From an uncultured Spirochaetota bacterium (GTDB lineage Bacteria; Spirochaetota; UBA4802; UBA5550), in the NCBI GenBank assembly GCA_963732395.1, contig CAVSZF010000003.1:114733-178732 (forward strand): 64,000 nucleotides of DNA, in the 5' to 3' direction. The notes under the pieces were generated by a model that worked only from the letters and a program-made list of their open reading frames with translations, searched no databases and was not told where the DNA came from. Positions 51,824-62,298 of the stretch are shown here, piece by piece. Numbering within the stretch: position 1 is the first letter of the stretch; each line of letters begins with the position of its first letter. The translations under genes and the position numbers were made by a program.

Positions 51824-54748
51824 TTACGACCCTTCCATGCTTTCCGCATATCGTTTGATGATACGATAGGTCGGCCACAGAAGTCCGATAAACCCGCTGA
51901 TAAAAAGAACCCGGATAATCCATATCGATACGGGCGGTTCAAGCATCGAGTAGCCGAACTCCCCGTTTTCCTCATGCTTCCCGGTCTTCATGACGGCATG
52001 CTTCAGGTTCTTTTCATAGGTATCGGCTATGTCATAACTGGCGGACCGTGCGTACCTGTTCCCATAGTAGAGCCTCATCGGTGAAATATCCTTCTCTTTC
52101 GGAAGCTCGAAGATGAGGCGCTCCCTCGGTCCGGAAATGGCGAACTCTTTCAGCTTCAGGGGCGCATCGTCCCCGTTTATCACGACCAGCTTGAGGGGGT
52201 TCTGACTCGGCTCCGATAACGTGATGATCTGCGGGACGGGTTTCCGCTGCATAAATGCGCCTTCGGTTACGCTCCGGTACTCCCTTTCACTCTTTTCAAA
52301 GAGCTCATAACGCCGGGAGAAGCGGCCGTCATCGAAACGCAAAACGACCTGTGAAACCAGGGCGCGCTTCTCGTTGGGAAAATAATACGCCGTCCCGTCA
52401 AGGTCCGGCTCTGATCCTGTGGCAATCTCATCTGCCGGGATCGTTTCCGTAAAAGTGACGCGCCCTTCGGGACGGAATTCTATCCCGGGGAAGGTGAGAG
52501 AAAGCGTACTGTTGGTTTCAAGACGAAGGAAACGCCTCCCTTTAAGCCGCAGGGGAATAGTTTTTTTCTGCGATTCGTTTTCATATTTATGAATGAAATA
52601 GGTCCCGATCCCGCGCCACTCTTCCGGCCTTGCGGATTCACTCACCAGGATATTCATTTCATAGTTCCCCCCTGCCTCGACCGCCAGCCGGGTATACTCC
52701 GCTCCCTCCGGTATGGCAGGAAGATCAAGGACATAGATGCGGCCCTCGCGAGTCAACCGCTGAAACACCACATCCGGTTTCCCCCACTTCCCTTTGCCTT
52801 CATCCTGTTTATCCTCCAGAAGGTAGGGAAGCGCCCTCCCCCCGTGCACGACCCTCAGGTCGTACCTCCATGAGTGTCGATAGACATTCTCATCAAGATC
52901 AATCGTTCCATAAATGGTCTCCTGGTCTACGGGCTTTTCGGCGGTTATCTCCTGGAAGTACTTGAATGACTTGATGCGGACCGGTTCGGCCGACGCCGGC
53001 AGGGCGAGCCCGGCGAAGATCAGGACGAAAAGGAGTTTTGTCGGCGCCATGGTTTTCACGAGTTTCTCCTTGAATTTTTGATAGAAGAGAGCGGTAAGGA
53101 TCAGTATGATCCCGAGGGTCAATCCGGCCGCGATCCGGACGATGAGGGCGAGAACCCACATGTCATAGGCGTAAAACTTGACGATCACGATGCCTATGAG
53201 AGAAAGTCCCGTTATCCTCAGGAGCGGGCGTCCGAGCTTGAATCCCGGCACGATGAGCGCGAAGGCGTAAAATAGAAGCACATAGGAATAGGTGAGCCTC
53301 CTGAAACTTACGTCCCCGGTGACGAAATCATAGTTTTCCAGCAGGCTGGCCACGATGACCAGGAACAATGCAAGGAATCCATAGGCCCGAAATTCCCGGA
53401 GGTCGCGGCGGATATGGAACGTGGCGGCAAGGAACAGGGCCCCGAGAAGGTAATGATAGAACCTGCTGTTCAGGACCGGCCAGCCCCCCTCGGGCATTCC
53501 CCGCTGCATGAAGAGAAGCACCATGACGGTTATCGACCAGAGTGGTATCGCCGCGACGATAAGGCTCTTCCTGTCCTCGAAGGCTCCGAGGAAGGAGATG
53601 ATGCCGGTTACGGCAACCATGGCCGTTATCTGCCATGGCGCCCGGGCGAACATCGAAAGGGCGGTCAGCATCAGGGAGATCATGGCAAGAAGAGCCAGCG
53701 ACGCGGACCTTCTCTGGAAAACACCCTCGCCTTCTTTTGTAAATATCATCTGCCATAAGGCCAGGAACAGGCAGACAAAAAGGTAAAAATGTGGGACGAA
53801 CGAAGGATAGAAATGATCGACCGTGAGGTGTCCCATGCAAATATACGCAACCACGGCCAGGAGATAGAGAACATCTTCGGGAATCTTCGAATGATCGGGC
53901 CTTTTGAGAATGAATACGCGGCGGAGCATGAAAATAGTGAACAGGAGGGAGATAAAAATAAAAGGCACGGGGAAACTGCTTTCCGGCAGGCTCGCGTTCA
54001 TCCAGCCCGCGTATACGACATTGTTGAAAAAAAGCACCAGATAGGCCGACACCTTCCACTCGAAGGACCTGCTCATGAAAAGAAAAATTACATTGAATAT
54101 CGTCATGTAGATAAAAAGGAATCGATATGAGTTTTCACCCTGCGACATGAGGAGGGGGGCGATATAGGCCCCGAAAAGGCTGAACAGATAGAGAAGCTGG
54201 CTTTTGCCGATTCCGGCCATACACGCGGAGGCCAGGGAGAGGGATACCATGAAGAGAAAGGCTTCCTTCAACCCGAGGAGACCGAAATAGTAATAGGCGC
54301 CGAATACCGCGAAGTAGAGTATTGCATAACCGGTGCCGGTGACCGCGGGGGGCAATTTTCTGAATCCCCCCCTGGCAAGACGCCAGGACACGACGATAGC
54401 CCCGAAACCGACCAGCAGGCTGTTGATGATCCGGGCGGATTCGTTGAGCCAGTGGCGCTCGATAGCCAGTTTGATGAACCATCCGGCGCCGAGGAGGAAC
54501 GCCGCGGCCCCTATGATACCGATAACTATCCCCCCGATGGAAACCTCGGCGTTATCGCCGAGAAGCCGCTTCAGGAACTCGCCGGTGCCGGATCTCCTCC
54601 GGTGCACGACGGCAGGCCGGGCGACTGCCGGAGCGGCTCCCGCGCCCTTTCCCCCGGATTCAGGGCCCGCGAGCTCCGCCTTGATGGCCAGCAGCTCCTT
54701 CTCAAGTACATCAATCCGCTCCCGTAACTCCTCGATTCTTGTCGCCAT
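51824..54748 (-). CDS. fused DUF2339-like polytopic membrane protein and DUF3999-like domain
   Basis: ORF track 51824-54817. Preferred start is ATG 54748 (MATRIEELRERIDVLEKELLAIKAELAG, the coiled-coil N-terminus typical of DUF2339). About 16 TM helices follow. From codon Met 53050-53048 there is an internal signal-peptide-like segment (MAPTKLLFVLIFAGLALPASA), a ~380-aa soluble part and a C-terminal TM. Family names are from memory. Confidence 0.6.
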   Translation of the reverse strand: MATRIEELRERIDVLEKELLAIKAELAGPESGGKGAGAAPAVARPAVVHRRRSGTGEFLKRLLGDNAEVSIGGIVIGIIGAAAFLLGAGWFIKLAIERHWLNESARIINSLLVGFGAIVVSWRLARGGFRKLPPAVTGTGYAILYFAVFGAYYYFGLLGLKEAFLFMVSLSLASACMAGIGKSQLLYLFSLFGAYIAPLLMSQGENSYRFLFIYMTIFNVIFLFMSRSFEWKVSAYLVLFFNNVVYAGWMNASLPESSFPVPFIFISLLFTIFMLRRVFILKRPDHSKIPEDVLYLLAVVAYICMGHLTVDHFYPSFVPHFYLFVCLFLALWQMIFTKEGEGVFQRRSASLALLAMISLMLTALSMFARAPWQITAMVAVTGIISFLGAFEDRKSLIVAAIPLWSITVMVLLFMQRGMPEGGWPVLNSRFYHYLLGALFLAATFHIRRDLREFRAYGFLALFLVIVASLLENYDFVTGDVSFRRLTYSYVLLFYAFALIVPGFKLGRPLLRITGLSLIGIVIVKFYAYDMWVLALIVRIAAGLTLGIILILTALFYQKFKEKLVKTMAPTKLLFVLIFAGLALPASAEPVRIKSFKYFQEITAEKPVDQETIYGTIDLDENVYRHSWRYDLRVVHGGRALPYLLEDKQDEGKGKWGKPDVVFQRLTREGRIYVLDLPAIPEGAEYTRLAVEAGGNYEMNILVSESARPEEWRGIGTYFIHKYENESQKKTIPLRLKGRRFLRLETNSTLSLTFPGIEFRPEGRVTFTETIPADEIATGSEPDLDGTAYYFPNEKRALVSQVVLRFDDGRFSRRYELFEKSEREYRSVTEGAFMQRKPVPQIITLSEPSQNPLKLVVINGDDAPLKLKEFAISGPRERLIFELPKEKDISPMRLYYGNRYARSASYDIADTYEKNLKHAVMKTGKHEENGEFGYSMLEPPVSIWIIRVLFISGFIGLLWPTYRIIKRYAESMEGS

Positions 54749-54938
54749 GGATGCCGCCCCCGGTTTCGGGATACTGTTCGAACTCTCAATTGTGAAGGGA
54801 ACAGGGCCTATATGCATCCAAATTTCTTATCCCGTCAAGCCGATTATAAAAAAAATCAGAACCCGCCCCCCGCATCCCTGTCTATAGTACAGCACAAAGA
54901 AACCTGATACCTACATTGAGATCCCAAGGAGCGCTCCC

Positions 54939-56578
54939 ATGAAACCGTTATCTTTCGGAAAAACCCTTACCCTCCTCGCGGCGATAACAATCGGATGGCT
55001 GACGACAGGCTGCGGAACCGCGATCCGCGAGCACCACGCGAAACATGACAGCATGGAACAGGCCGCGGATAAGTCACGGGGACACCGGAGTACAAACATG
55101 AGCCCCCTCATGGCCATTCCCTCCGGGACCGTCCGCGACGAGGACTTTGTATCTCCGCCCCTCAATACGGAGGAGTATGATCCCATCAATGAAAACGAAT
55201 TCCGGGCCGCGGACCGGAATCCACTCTCCACTTTTTCAATCGATGTCGATACGGCGTCCTATTCGAACATCCGGCGCTTCATCACGCACAACCAGGCGCC
55301 GCCGGCGGATTCCGTGCGCATTGAAGAGATGATCAACTACTTTGACTACGACTATCAAAACCCGGCGGGCGAGCACCCCTTCTCCGTGACCACCGAGGTA
55401 TCCGCTTCCCCGTGGAAATCCGGAAACCGCCTGGTTCATATCGGGATCCGGGGCACGTCCCTCGACTACGAGCGGCTCCAGCCGAGCAATCTGGTGTTTC
55501 TCATCGACACCTCCGGCTCGATGTTCAGCGACAACAAGCTTCCCCTCCTGAAGCAGAGTCTCAAGCTCCTTGTGGGCGGGCTCTCCTCCAGGGACCGCGT
55601 CGCCATTGTCGCCTACGCCGGCTCCGCGGGACTGATACTCCCCTCCACTCCCGCTTCTTCAGGCGACGCCATCATCGCGGCCCTTGACGGGCTCCAGGCC
55701 GGCGGCAGCACCGCCGGCGGCGCCGGCATCCAGCTCGCCTATAAAACGGCGAAGGAGAGCCTCATCCAGGGAGGAAACAATCGCGTGATCCTCTGCACGG
55801 ACGGCGACTTCAACGTCGGCGTCTCCTCCACCGGCGACACTGGTGCGCATGATGGAGGAGTACCGAAAGACCGATATCTACCTGACCATCTGCGGGTTCG
55901 GCATGGGCAACTACAAGGACGGCCGCATGGAGCAGATCAGCAAGGCCGGGAAACGGCAACTACTTCTACATCGACGGCATCAGGGAAGCGGAGAAGGTCT
56001 TCGTGAAAGAGATGCGCGCGAACATGTTCACCATCGCGAAGGACGTGAAGATCCAGGTGGAATTCAATCCGGCAAAGGTGAAGGGATACCGTCTCGTCGG
56101 CTACGAAAACCGCGTCATGGCGAACGAGGACTTCAACGACGACCTCAAGGACGCCGGAGAGCTCGGCGCCGGCCACACGGTCACCGCCCTCTACGAGATC
56201 ATCCCCGCGGGTTCCTCCCAGAAGGTGCGCGGAACCGACCCGCTGAAATACCAGCGGCCCGCGTCCGGCGCCGGCGCGGCGAGCGATGAAATCCTGACCC
56301 TGAAACTCCGCTACAAGCTCCCCGGGCAGGAGAGCAGCAGGCTCGTGTCTTCGGCGGTGACGGACGGCGGCGGCGCCATCCGATCGTCGTCGGACGACTT
56401 CAGGTTTTCCGCGGCGGTGGCGGGATTCGGGATGATTCTGAGGGAGTCGAAACACCGCAACGGTCTCGGCTTCAACGACGTGCTCGCGATGGCCCGCGGC
56501 GCGAAAGGAAAAGACCCCGAGGGTCATCGAGCCGAATTCATCAGGCTTGTGGAAACATGCGCCCTGCTTAAAAAGTAA
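54939..56578 (+). pseudogene. YfbK-type von Willebrand factor A lipoprotein interrupted by two +1 frame shifts
   Basis: Frame 0 (54939-~55838) has lipobox LTTGC, then the vWA MIDAS LVFLIDTSGSM...ILCTDGDFNVGVSSTGD. Frame +1 (55840-~55953) reads LVRMMEEYRKTDIYLTICGFGMGNYKDGRMEQISKAG. Frame +2 (55952-56578) reads NGNYFYIDGIREAEKVFVKEMRANMF...VEFNPAKVKGYRLVGYENR. The shifts are at A 55839 and at the A3 run 55951-55953. Confidence 0.8.
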
Positions 56579-56583
56579 AGGCC

Positions 56584-56618
56584 CCGCGCCGGGGAGACGC
56601 GATTCCTCCCCGGCGCGG
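56584..56618 (+). terminator. stem-loop terminator after the vWA gene
   Basis: 13-bp perfect stem CCGCGCCGGGGAG (56584-56596) / CTCCCCGGCGCGG (56606-56618), followed by ACATTTTCC. Confidence 0.55.
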
Positions 56619-56786
56619 ACATTTTCCTCATCTCGAGTCGGCTCTTTTTCCGCCACAATCTTTCATATCATCCATTACATTCTGCCGTTTTTTTTGTCAT
56701 TTCCATTGATTTCTTAACACATATCTGCAGACACTTCCAATTTAGTGTTGAATTAATCCCGGTCAGGTTGTACCTTTCTGAATCAT

Positions 56787-58655
56787 ATGATTGTCATGCT
56801 ACCAATAAAACTCGACACGCGCCCCATGAACGGAATGGCCCTTCGTATACAATTACGCCCCCTCCATGCGGCCCTTCTCGCACTTCTCTTCCTGCTCCGA
56901 TGCGCATCAGGAACGGATGACCGCGCGAAAAGCCTGCTTCTGGGGGATGTATATCACGATTTCGCCATCGTCGAAAACGGCATCGACGCCGCCGGGGAGT
57001 ACGATTTCAGGATGTACGGGCCGGAAGACTACGACAACATCGGGAACGTCAACCTGACCTACACGCTCGACCTGGGGGCGAACGTCAAAGACGTCTATTT
57101 CCTTTTCACAAACATACACACCTCCACGGATACATCCTATCCCGCGGTGAGCGTCCCCGCCCTGGGGATCAACCAGGGGATCAGCCTGGGGATCGCGCAG
57201 GAAACGGAGCCGGTAAAAGCGGCCATGCCTGATCCAGGCCGCTCGGGCATACGCGGCAAGCCAGAGGCGAGCGAGTTCAACCGGAACCCCTTCCCCTTTA
57301 TCTCAAGGATCAACCCCGTTTCGCTCCTCCTGGGCATCATCACCCCTCCCGAACCGCGATATGACGGGCCCGGGAATACACAGTCATTCAAGATCAATTC
57401 CCTCACCTCCGTGGACGCCACCTGCAGGCTCGTCCGGAACGCGAATACCGACCATGGCGTTAAAACGGTGAACATCTGGGTGGCCGACGACTGCTGGATC
57501 GACGGAGGAACCAAATCGCCGAAGGTCACCCCCGACATGCTCACAGAGGTCGCTGACAAATTTCTTGCCGAAGGAGATGACAACGACATCTACGATTGGA
57601 TCACCGGCATCTTCGACGAGGAGTGGGGGGGGGATGTCCCCGATTTCGCGGCAGGCCTGGTGATCCCTCCGGACGACGGGATCACGATCCTGCTTTTCGA
57701 CATCGACAACGACAACTCCACGAGCGGCGGGATCCTCGGATACTTCTGGGCCAAGGATAATTTCAAAAAAAGCGCCGTTCCCTATTCAAACGAGCGGGTC
57801 ATGTTCTACATCGACGCCCTCCTCCTCGCCCGCGCCGATGACGCCGCGTGGAGCATCAACGACCGGTGGCCCGCGGAGATCGTCTCCGCCATGGCCCACG
57901 AGCTCCAGCACATGATTCACTTTTACCAGAAGAACATCCTCCGTGCCGGGGGAGCGGGCACCGAGACCTGGATCGACGAGATATGCTCCCTCGCCGCCGA
58001 GGACCTGGTATCGGTGCGGATGGCCGCGAACGGACCCCGGGGGGCCCTTCATACCTCCTGGGAATGCGTGGCGGATTCGAAGGATCAGGCGTACCCCGCT
58101 ATTTCGATGGGCAGGCTGCCCGTCTTCAACTATTACAATGAATATTCCGTCACCAGATGGTACGGCGGCGCCAACGTCCTGGTCAGCTACGCGCTCAACT
58201 ACGCCCTCGGCTCCTATCTGGCGAGGAATTTCGGCGGGGCCGCCTTCTTCCGCGATGTTGTACACAACCCCTATACCGACCTCGGCGCCATCGAATACGC
58301 CCTCGACCGCAACGGCTCCGCGGACGGCTTCGGCGCCATACTTCGCAAGTGGGCCGTCGCGGCCATGCTATCCGACAAGACGGATACCGGGGCTGATTTC
58401 CTCTATAACAGGGCCGGCGACTGGTTCAGAAGCACCATTGACCCCATAGAGTACAGGGTTGGCGCGATAGACCTCTACAAATACACATACGCGGTGAACG
58501 GCCATACCGGCCCCTATATCTATACGCACATGCCCGCGATGCCGATGCAGCCGGCGTCCACCATTTATTATCTCGCCGCGGAAAACCTGGCAGGTGCGCG
58601 CACCTGGAGTGTAAAAATGAAACGCAACGTCCGGATGACGGTTCTGGTGAAATAA
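56787..58655 (+). CDS. secreted HExxH zinc metallopeptidase (possibly M30/hyicolysin-like)
   Basis: 622 aa. Hydrophobic signal region AALLALLFLLRCASG (exact start uncertain: ATG 56787, 56826 or 56835). Single HExxH motif in AMAHELQHMIHFYQ. The M30 assignment is from memory only. Confidence 0.6.
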   Translation: MIVMLPIKLDTRPMNGMALRIQLRPLHAALLALLFLLRCASGTDDRAKSLLLGDVYHDFAIVENGIDAAGEYDFRMYGPEDYDNIGNVNLTYTLDLGANVKDVYFLFTNIHTSTDTSYPAVSVPALGINQGISLGIAQETEPVKAAMPDPGRSGIRGKPEASEFNRNPFPFISRINPVSLLLGIITPPEPRYDGPGNTQSFKINSLTSVDATCRLVRNANTDHGVKTVNIWVADDCWIDGGTKSPKVTPDMLTEVADKFLAEGDDNDIYDWITGIFDEEWGGDVPDFAAGLVIPPDDGITILLFDIDNDNSTSGGILGYFWAKDNFKKSAVPYSNERVMFYIDALLLARADDAAWSINDRWPAEIVSAMAHELQHMIHFYQKNILRAGGAGTETWIDEICSLAAEDLVSVRMAANGPRGALHTSWECVADSKDQAYPAISMGRLPVFNYYNEYSVTRWYGGANVLVSYALNYALGSYLARNFGGAAFFRDVVHNPYTDLGAIEYALDRNGSADGFGAILRKWAVAAMLSDKTDTGADFLYNRAGDWFRSTIDPIEYRVGAIDLYKYTYAVNGHTGPYIYTHMPAMPMQPASTIYYLAAENLAGARTWSVKMKRNVRMTVLVK

Positions 58656-58758
58656 TCACGAACTGGCGGATGACGACCGGGTCCGGGCGAACCTTTTTTT
58701 GTTGACGTAATTCCATTGAACCGCCATAACCGTGTTACATGCAAAAATGAGGTTTGGT

Positions 58759-58929
58759 ATGATCGATACGAAGCTCCTCGAAATCCTCGCCTGTCCCGCG
58801 TGCCGTGGGGACGTCGAGTACAACACCAAGGATGAAAAAATCATCTGCACGGAATGCGGGCTCCGCTACCCGGTAAGGGACGGGATACCGGTCATGCTGG
58901 TGGATGAAGCGGAACGGCCCGCCGAATAG
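58759..58929 (+). CDS. Trm112/YcaR (UPF0434) family small zinc-ribbon protein
   Basis: ORF track 58732-58929, start ATG 58759. MIDTKLLEILACPACRGDVEY...ICTECGLRYPVRDGIPVMLVDEA is the canonical family pattern. Confidence 0.85.
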   Translation: MIDTKLLEILACPACRGDVEYNTKDEKIICTECGLRYPVRDGIPVMLVDEAERPAE

Positions 58930-59077
58930 GGTCCGGATCCCCTTATTCTCTTGACAAAATAGAGGGAAATTCTACTTTTATCGCTCCCCCGTCACGTCGT
59001 AACGCGGCGTCGCGGGGACATGAAACGCGGCGGGATTGCCGGCGTCGTGCAGCCCATGCCCTGCAAGGATATTCATC

Positions 59078-60208
59078 ATGTTCGATTCAAAATCTCCTGT
59101 GGTAAAAATCGTCAGCTATGCGGTGACCGGCTTTTTTGTTCTGATCATCGTCATCTCATTCGGCATGCCCGATTTCATGTCGCGGCTCGGAATGGACCAG
59201 TCCTCCATCGCGGTGGTCAACGGCGAGAAGGTGAGCCGCTTCGATTACCTCCGCTACCGCGACTCCCGGTTCGGTGACATGCCCCGCGACGAGAAGATGG
59301 ACGGGATGATCCTTTCCTACTACATCAACGAGGTGCTGCTTCTCCAGGAGGCGCGGAGGAACGGGATATATGTCACCGATGAAAGCATCAAGGACTATAT
59401 TCGGGCGATTCCAGGCCTTCGCGATCCGGAATCCGGCACCTTCGACGCGGAACGCCTCGATAATTTCCTCCAGCGGATCAACATGAGCTTCAATGACCTC
59501 CAGAAAGCTATCCGCAAGGACCTTCTCAGGGACCGCTTCATCCAGTTCATCCGTATGGGAATCGCGGCCCCCACCGCCGATCTCCTTGCCGAGCACCGCG
59601 CGGTCAACTCCCGCATCAGGATCAAGTATTCCTTCGTTAGCGCCATGAACCTCGGTTCGCGTGTCGTGGGCCTGGCTCCGGTCACGGAAGATGACATCAC
59701 GGCCGAAATGGAGAAAAACCGATCCGAGGTCAAGGACCCCGTAACGGACCGGGAACGAATCAGGAAGAAACTCGAATCCGCCGGGGCCGACCGGGTCAGA
59801 AAGGAGATCATCGAGCGGGTCAACGCAATCGCCCTGCGGGGTGGCTCCTTTGACGAGGCCCAGGCCGTCATGAAGGGGACGGTGGCCATGTCAAAGATAT
59901 TTTCGATCGGTGACCGCGTGGCCGACGAAAAGGGGCAGACCATATCCAGCATCAACAGCTCCAAATTATTCCTGGAAGAATTCATGGAGATCGGGTTGAA
60001 CAGGGCCTCGCGCGTTATCTCCTCCGATTCGGGGCTCTACATCTTCACCCCCGTGCTCAAGGAAATTTCACGGTCCGAACTGCCGGAGAAGGAACATGAT
60101 GTCCTTGCGACAGCCTTCGAGGAGGAGAGCATCAGGATGGCATCGGGGAACCTGATGCAGAAATTGTACGAAAACGCAAAAATAATAAAAAATATAAAAA
60201 CTGATTGA
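59078..60208 (+). CDS. PpiD/SurA-N-terminal-like periplasmic chaperone (membrane-anchored, no clear PPIase domain)
   Basis: ORF track 59036-60208, start ATG 59078. N-terminal TM IVSYAVTGFFVLIIVISFG, then AVVNGEKVSRFDYLRY..., typical of the SurA_N/PpiD N-terminus. Confidence 0.65.
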   Translation: MFDSKSPVVKIVSYAVTGFFVLIIVISFGMPDFMSRLGMDQSSIAVVNGEKVSRFDYLRYRDSRFGDMPRDEKMDGMILSYYINEVLLLQEARRNGIYVTDESIKDYIRAIPGLRDPESGTFDAERLDNFLQRINMSFNDLQKAIRKDLLRDRFIQFIRMGIAAPTADLLAEHRAVNSRIRIKYSFVSAMNLGSRVVGLAPVTEDDITAEMEKNRSEVKDPVTDRERIRKKLESAGADRVRKEIIERVNAIALRGGSFDEAQAVMKGTVAMSKIFSIGDRVADEKGQTISSINSSKLFLEEFMEIGLNRASRVISSDSGLYIFTPVLKEISRSELPEKEHDVLATAFEEESIRMASGNLMQKLYENAKIIKNIKTD

Positions 60209-60233
60209 TATATATAAGGGGCGGTAGTATATA
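60205..60233 (+). promoter_or_regulatory. sigma70-like promoter upstream of cheX
   Basis: TTGATA (60205-60210), 17-nt spacer, TATATA (60228-60233), about 110 nt upstream of ATG 60347. Confidence 0.3.
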
Positions 60234-60346
60234 AGTAATAGCATCCGTGGAGCAGCGAGTTGCCCCTGTGTCGTTCAATGCATCGACGGCGTAAATCGCA
60301 TCGTTCCTTCGTACCCCAGATTTAACAGAAGAGGTCCTGTCCCCGA

Positions 60347-60814
60347 ATGGTCAATATCAATGCAGAATTCGTCAACCCCTTCCTTGAAGCAGCAAGCGCC
60401 GTGTTCAAATCGGTCCTCAAGGTCGACCTTCGAAGGGGCAAACTGGTTATAAAAGAGAGCCCCATCCCCTCGATGGACGTCGCGATCCTCATCGGCATCA
60501 CCGGCGGAGTGACGGGTGAGGTGGTCTACAGCATGGGCTATAACATGGTCTATAAAATAGCCGAGGCACTGGTCCCCGGCCTCAGCGAACAGCAGATCAA
60601 GAGCGAGTACAAGGATATTATCGGCGAGATGGCGAACATGATCACGGGAAACGCCATGAACCTCTTCGCCACGACAGGCAAGCGGATCAACATGACCACG
60701 CCGACAGTGGTAGTCGGGAAAGACTTCACCATCACCCTCATCAAGCAGACCACCCTGGGCATCAACCTCTACAGCCCCATGGGCCAGCTCGAAATGAACG
60801 TCGCGCTGAAGTAG
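60347..60814 (+). CDS. cheX: CheX-type CheY-P phosphatase
   Basis: 155 aa. NPFLEAASAVFKSVL... and IIGEMANMITGNAMN match the CheC/CheX family signature, and the length fits CheX. Confidence 0.8.
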   Translation: MVNINAEFVNPFLEAASAVFKSVLKVDLRRGKLVIKESPIPSMDVAILIGITGGVTGEVVYSMGYNMVYKIAEALVPGLSEQQIKSEYKDIIGEMANMITGNAMNLFATTGKRINMTTPTVVVGKDFTITLIKQTTLGINLYSPMGQLEMNVALK

Positions 60815-60825
60815 GCCCCTTCGAT

Positions 60826-61461
60826 TCAGAGGTCGGACCGGGCGGTCATCGTCCCACGGTCAATGATGAAATCGCCGAACACCGAGGGCGCCTCTCCCTG
60901 AAGTAGCGCCAGCATCTCGACGCAGACCCTCCGAATCTCCCACTGTGCGCTCCGGTCGAGCCGAAGATGGAATATGGCCCGGAGTTCCCTGAAGTTCGCG
61001 GAAAAGACGATCTGGCTCTCCAGTGCGTTCGGGAGCACGAATCGCGCGTCCTCCTTGCGAATTCCCCTGGTACGCAGATCCCGATAGGCCTCCTCCGCCC
61101 GGGCCATGAAGCCGCGGAACACCTGCGCCGCTTCCGGGTCTGCGAGAATCGCGTCGGGCATGATATAATTAAAGCCGGCCTCATCCACGTAACGCTGGGA
61201 CTGCTGCGAGTAGCTCGCGAGGCGGTGTCTCACGAGCTGATGAGTGAAGGCGCGGGATGCGCCCGTTATCCTGAAAGAGGCCGAGGCATGCTCCAGTATC
61301 GAATGATGCCCTCGCTGTATGCAGTTTCGTATGAAGCCCTTTTCGCTTCCCTCGGCGATACGGTCGAGGGAAAGGTAGCAGGTGCGTCCCGCCTCCTCGA
61401 TAAGCTTTTCCGCTCCCGGTGTCACCGCCAGGAGCGTCACGGTCGGTTTCGTAAATTCCAT
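60826..61461 (-). CDS. thyX: FAD-dependent thymidylate synthase
   Basis: 211 aa. ThyX motif RHRLASYSQQSQRY plus HHSILEHAS. Confidence 0.93.
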   Translation of the reverse strand: MEFTKPTVTLLAVTPGAEKLIEEAGRTCYLSLDRIAEGSEKGFIRNCIQRGHHSILEHASASFRITGASRAFTHQLVRHRLASYSQQSQRYVDEAGFNYIMPDAILADPEAAQVFRGFMARAEEAYRDLRTRGIRKEDARFVLPNALESQIVFSANFRELRAIFHLRLDRSAQWEIRRVCVEMLALLQGEAPSVFGDFIIDRGTMTARSDL

Positions 61462-61689
61462 ACCTTCACATCATGGACCGCCGTGAAAAAGTCAACTTCC
61501 TTTTTTTTAGCCGACGGGCATTTCAGAGTAATGAACCTCGCTGCAGGGCAGGATACGGGCCCTTCTTCCTGTGCTGCATGGTTTCGCCCACGTGTTCTCG
61601 TACGTCAGGATATGGATTGTCTCATTGATCCGAGCGAATGGCGGGCATGTTCCCGGTTGGTAACACCGGTACTGCTACATCCTTCTGGC

Positions 61690-62295
61690 CTAGATCTTCA
61701 TCCCGGAAAAGCCGTAGAAGGCGATCGCGAGGAGGCCTGCGGTGATGAAGGTGATCGGCACACCCTTCAGGTTGTCCGGGATGTCGGCCAGATCGAGGCG
61801 CTCCCGGATACCGGCCATCAGCACGAGGGCCAGGGTAAAACCGATGCCGGCGCCGAGACCCTGCACCACGCTTTTCAGAAGGCCCATGCTCGTTTCCGGG
61901 GCGGCAAAGCCCGCGTTAATGTTGAGCATGGCGACCCCCAGGACCGCGCAGTTGGTCGTGATAAGCGGGAGGAAAATGCCCAGGGCCTGGTAGAGTGAGG
62001 GGGAAACCTTTTCAATGACCATTTCCACCAGCTGGACCAGGGCCGCGATAACGAGTATGAAGACGATGGTAAGGAGAAATTCGATCCGGAAAGGGATCAG
62101 AATGAATTTGTACACGGGATAGGTGATGAAGGAAGTCATGGTCATGACGAATATCACGGCAAGCCCCATGCCGACGGCGGAATCGAGCTTTTTTGAGACC
62201 CCGAGGAAGGGACAGATTCCGAGGACCCGGGAAAGGACATAGTTGTTGATCAGAATCGTGCTCAGCAGAATGGTGACGAAGACCTTGATTTCCAT
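61690..62295 (-). CDS. rnfA: Rnf electron-transport complex subunit A
   Basis: 201 aa polytopic protein. LINNYVLSRVLGICPFLGVSKKLDSAVGMGLAV is the RnfA/NqrE signature. Confidence 0.88.
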   Translation of the reverse strand: MEIKVFVTILLSTILINNYVLSRVLGICPFLGVSKKLDSAVGMGLAVIFVMTMTSFITYPVYKFILIPFRIEFLLTIVFILVIAALVQLVEMVIEKVSPSLYQALGIFLPLITTNCAVLGVAMLNINAGFAAPETSMGLLKSVVQGLGAGIGFTLALVLMAGIRERLDLADIPDNLKGVPITFITAGLLAIAFYGFSGMKI

Positions 62296-62298
62296 CTT

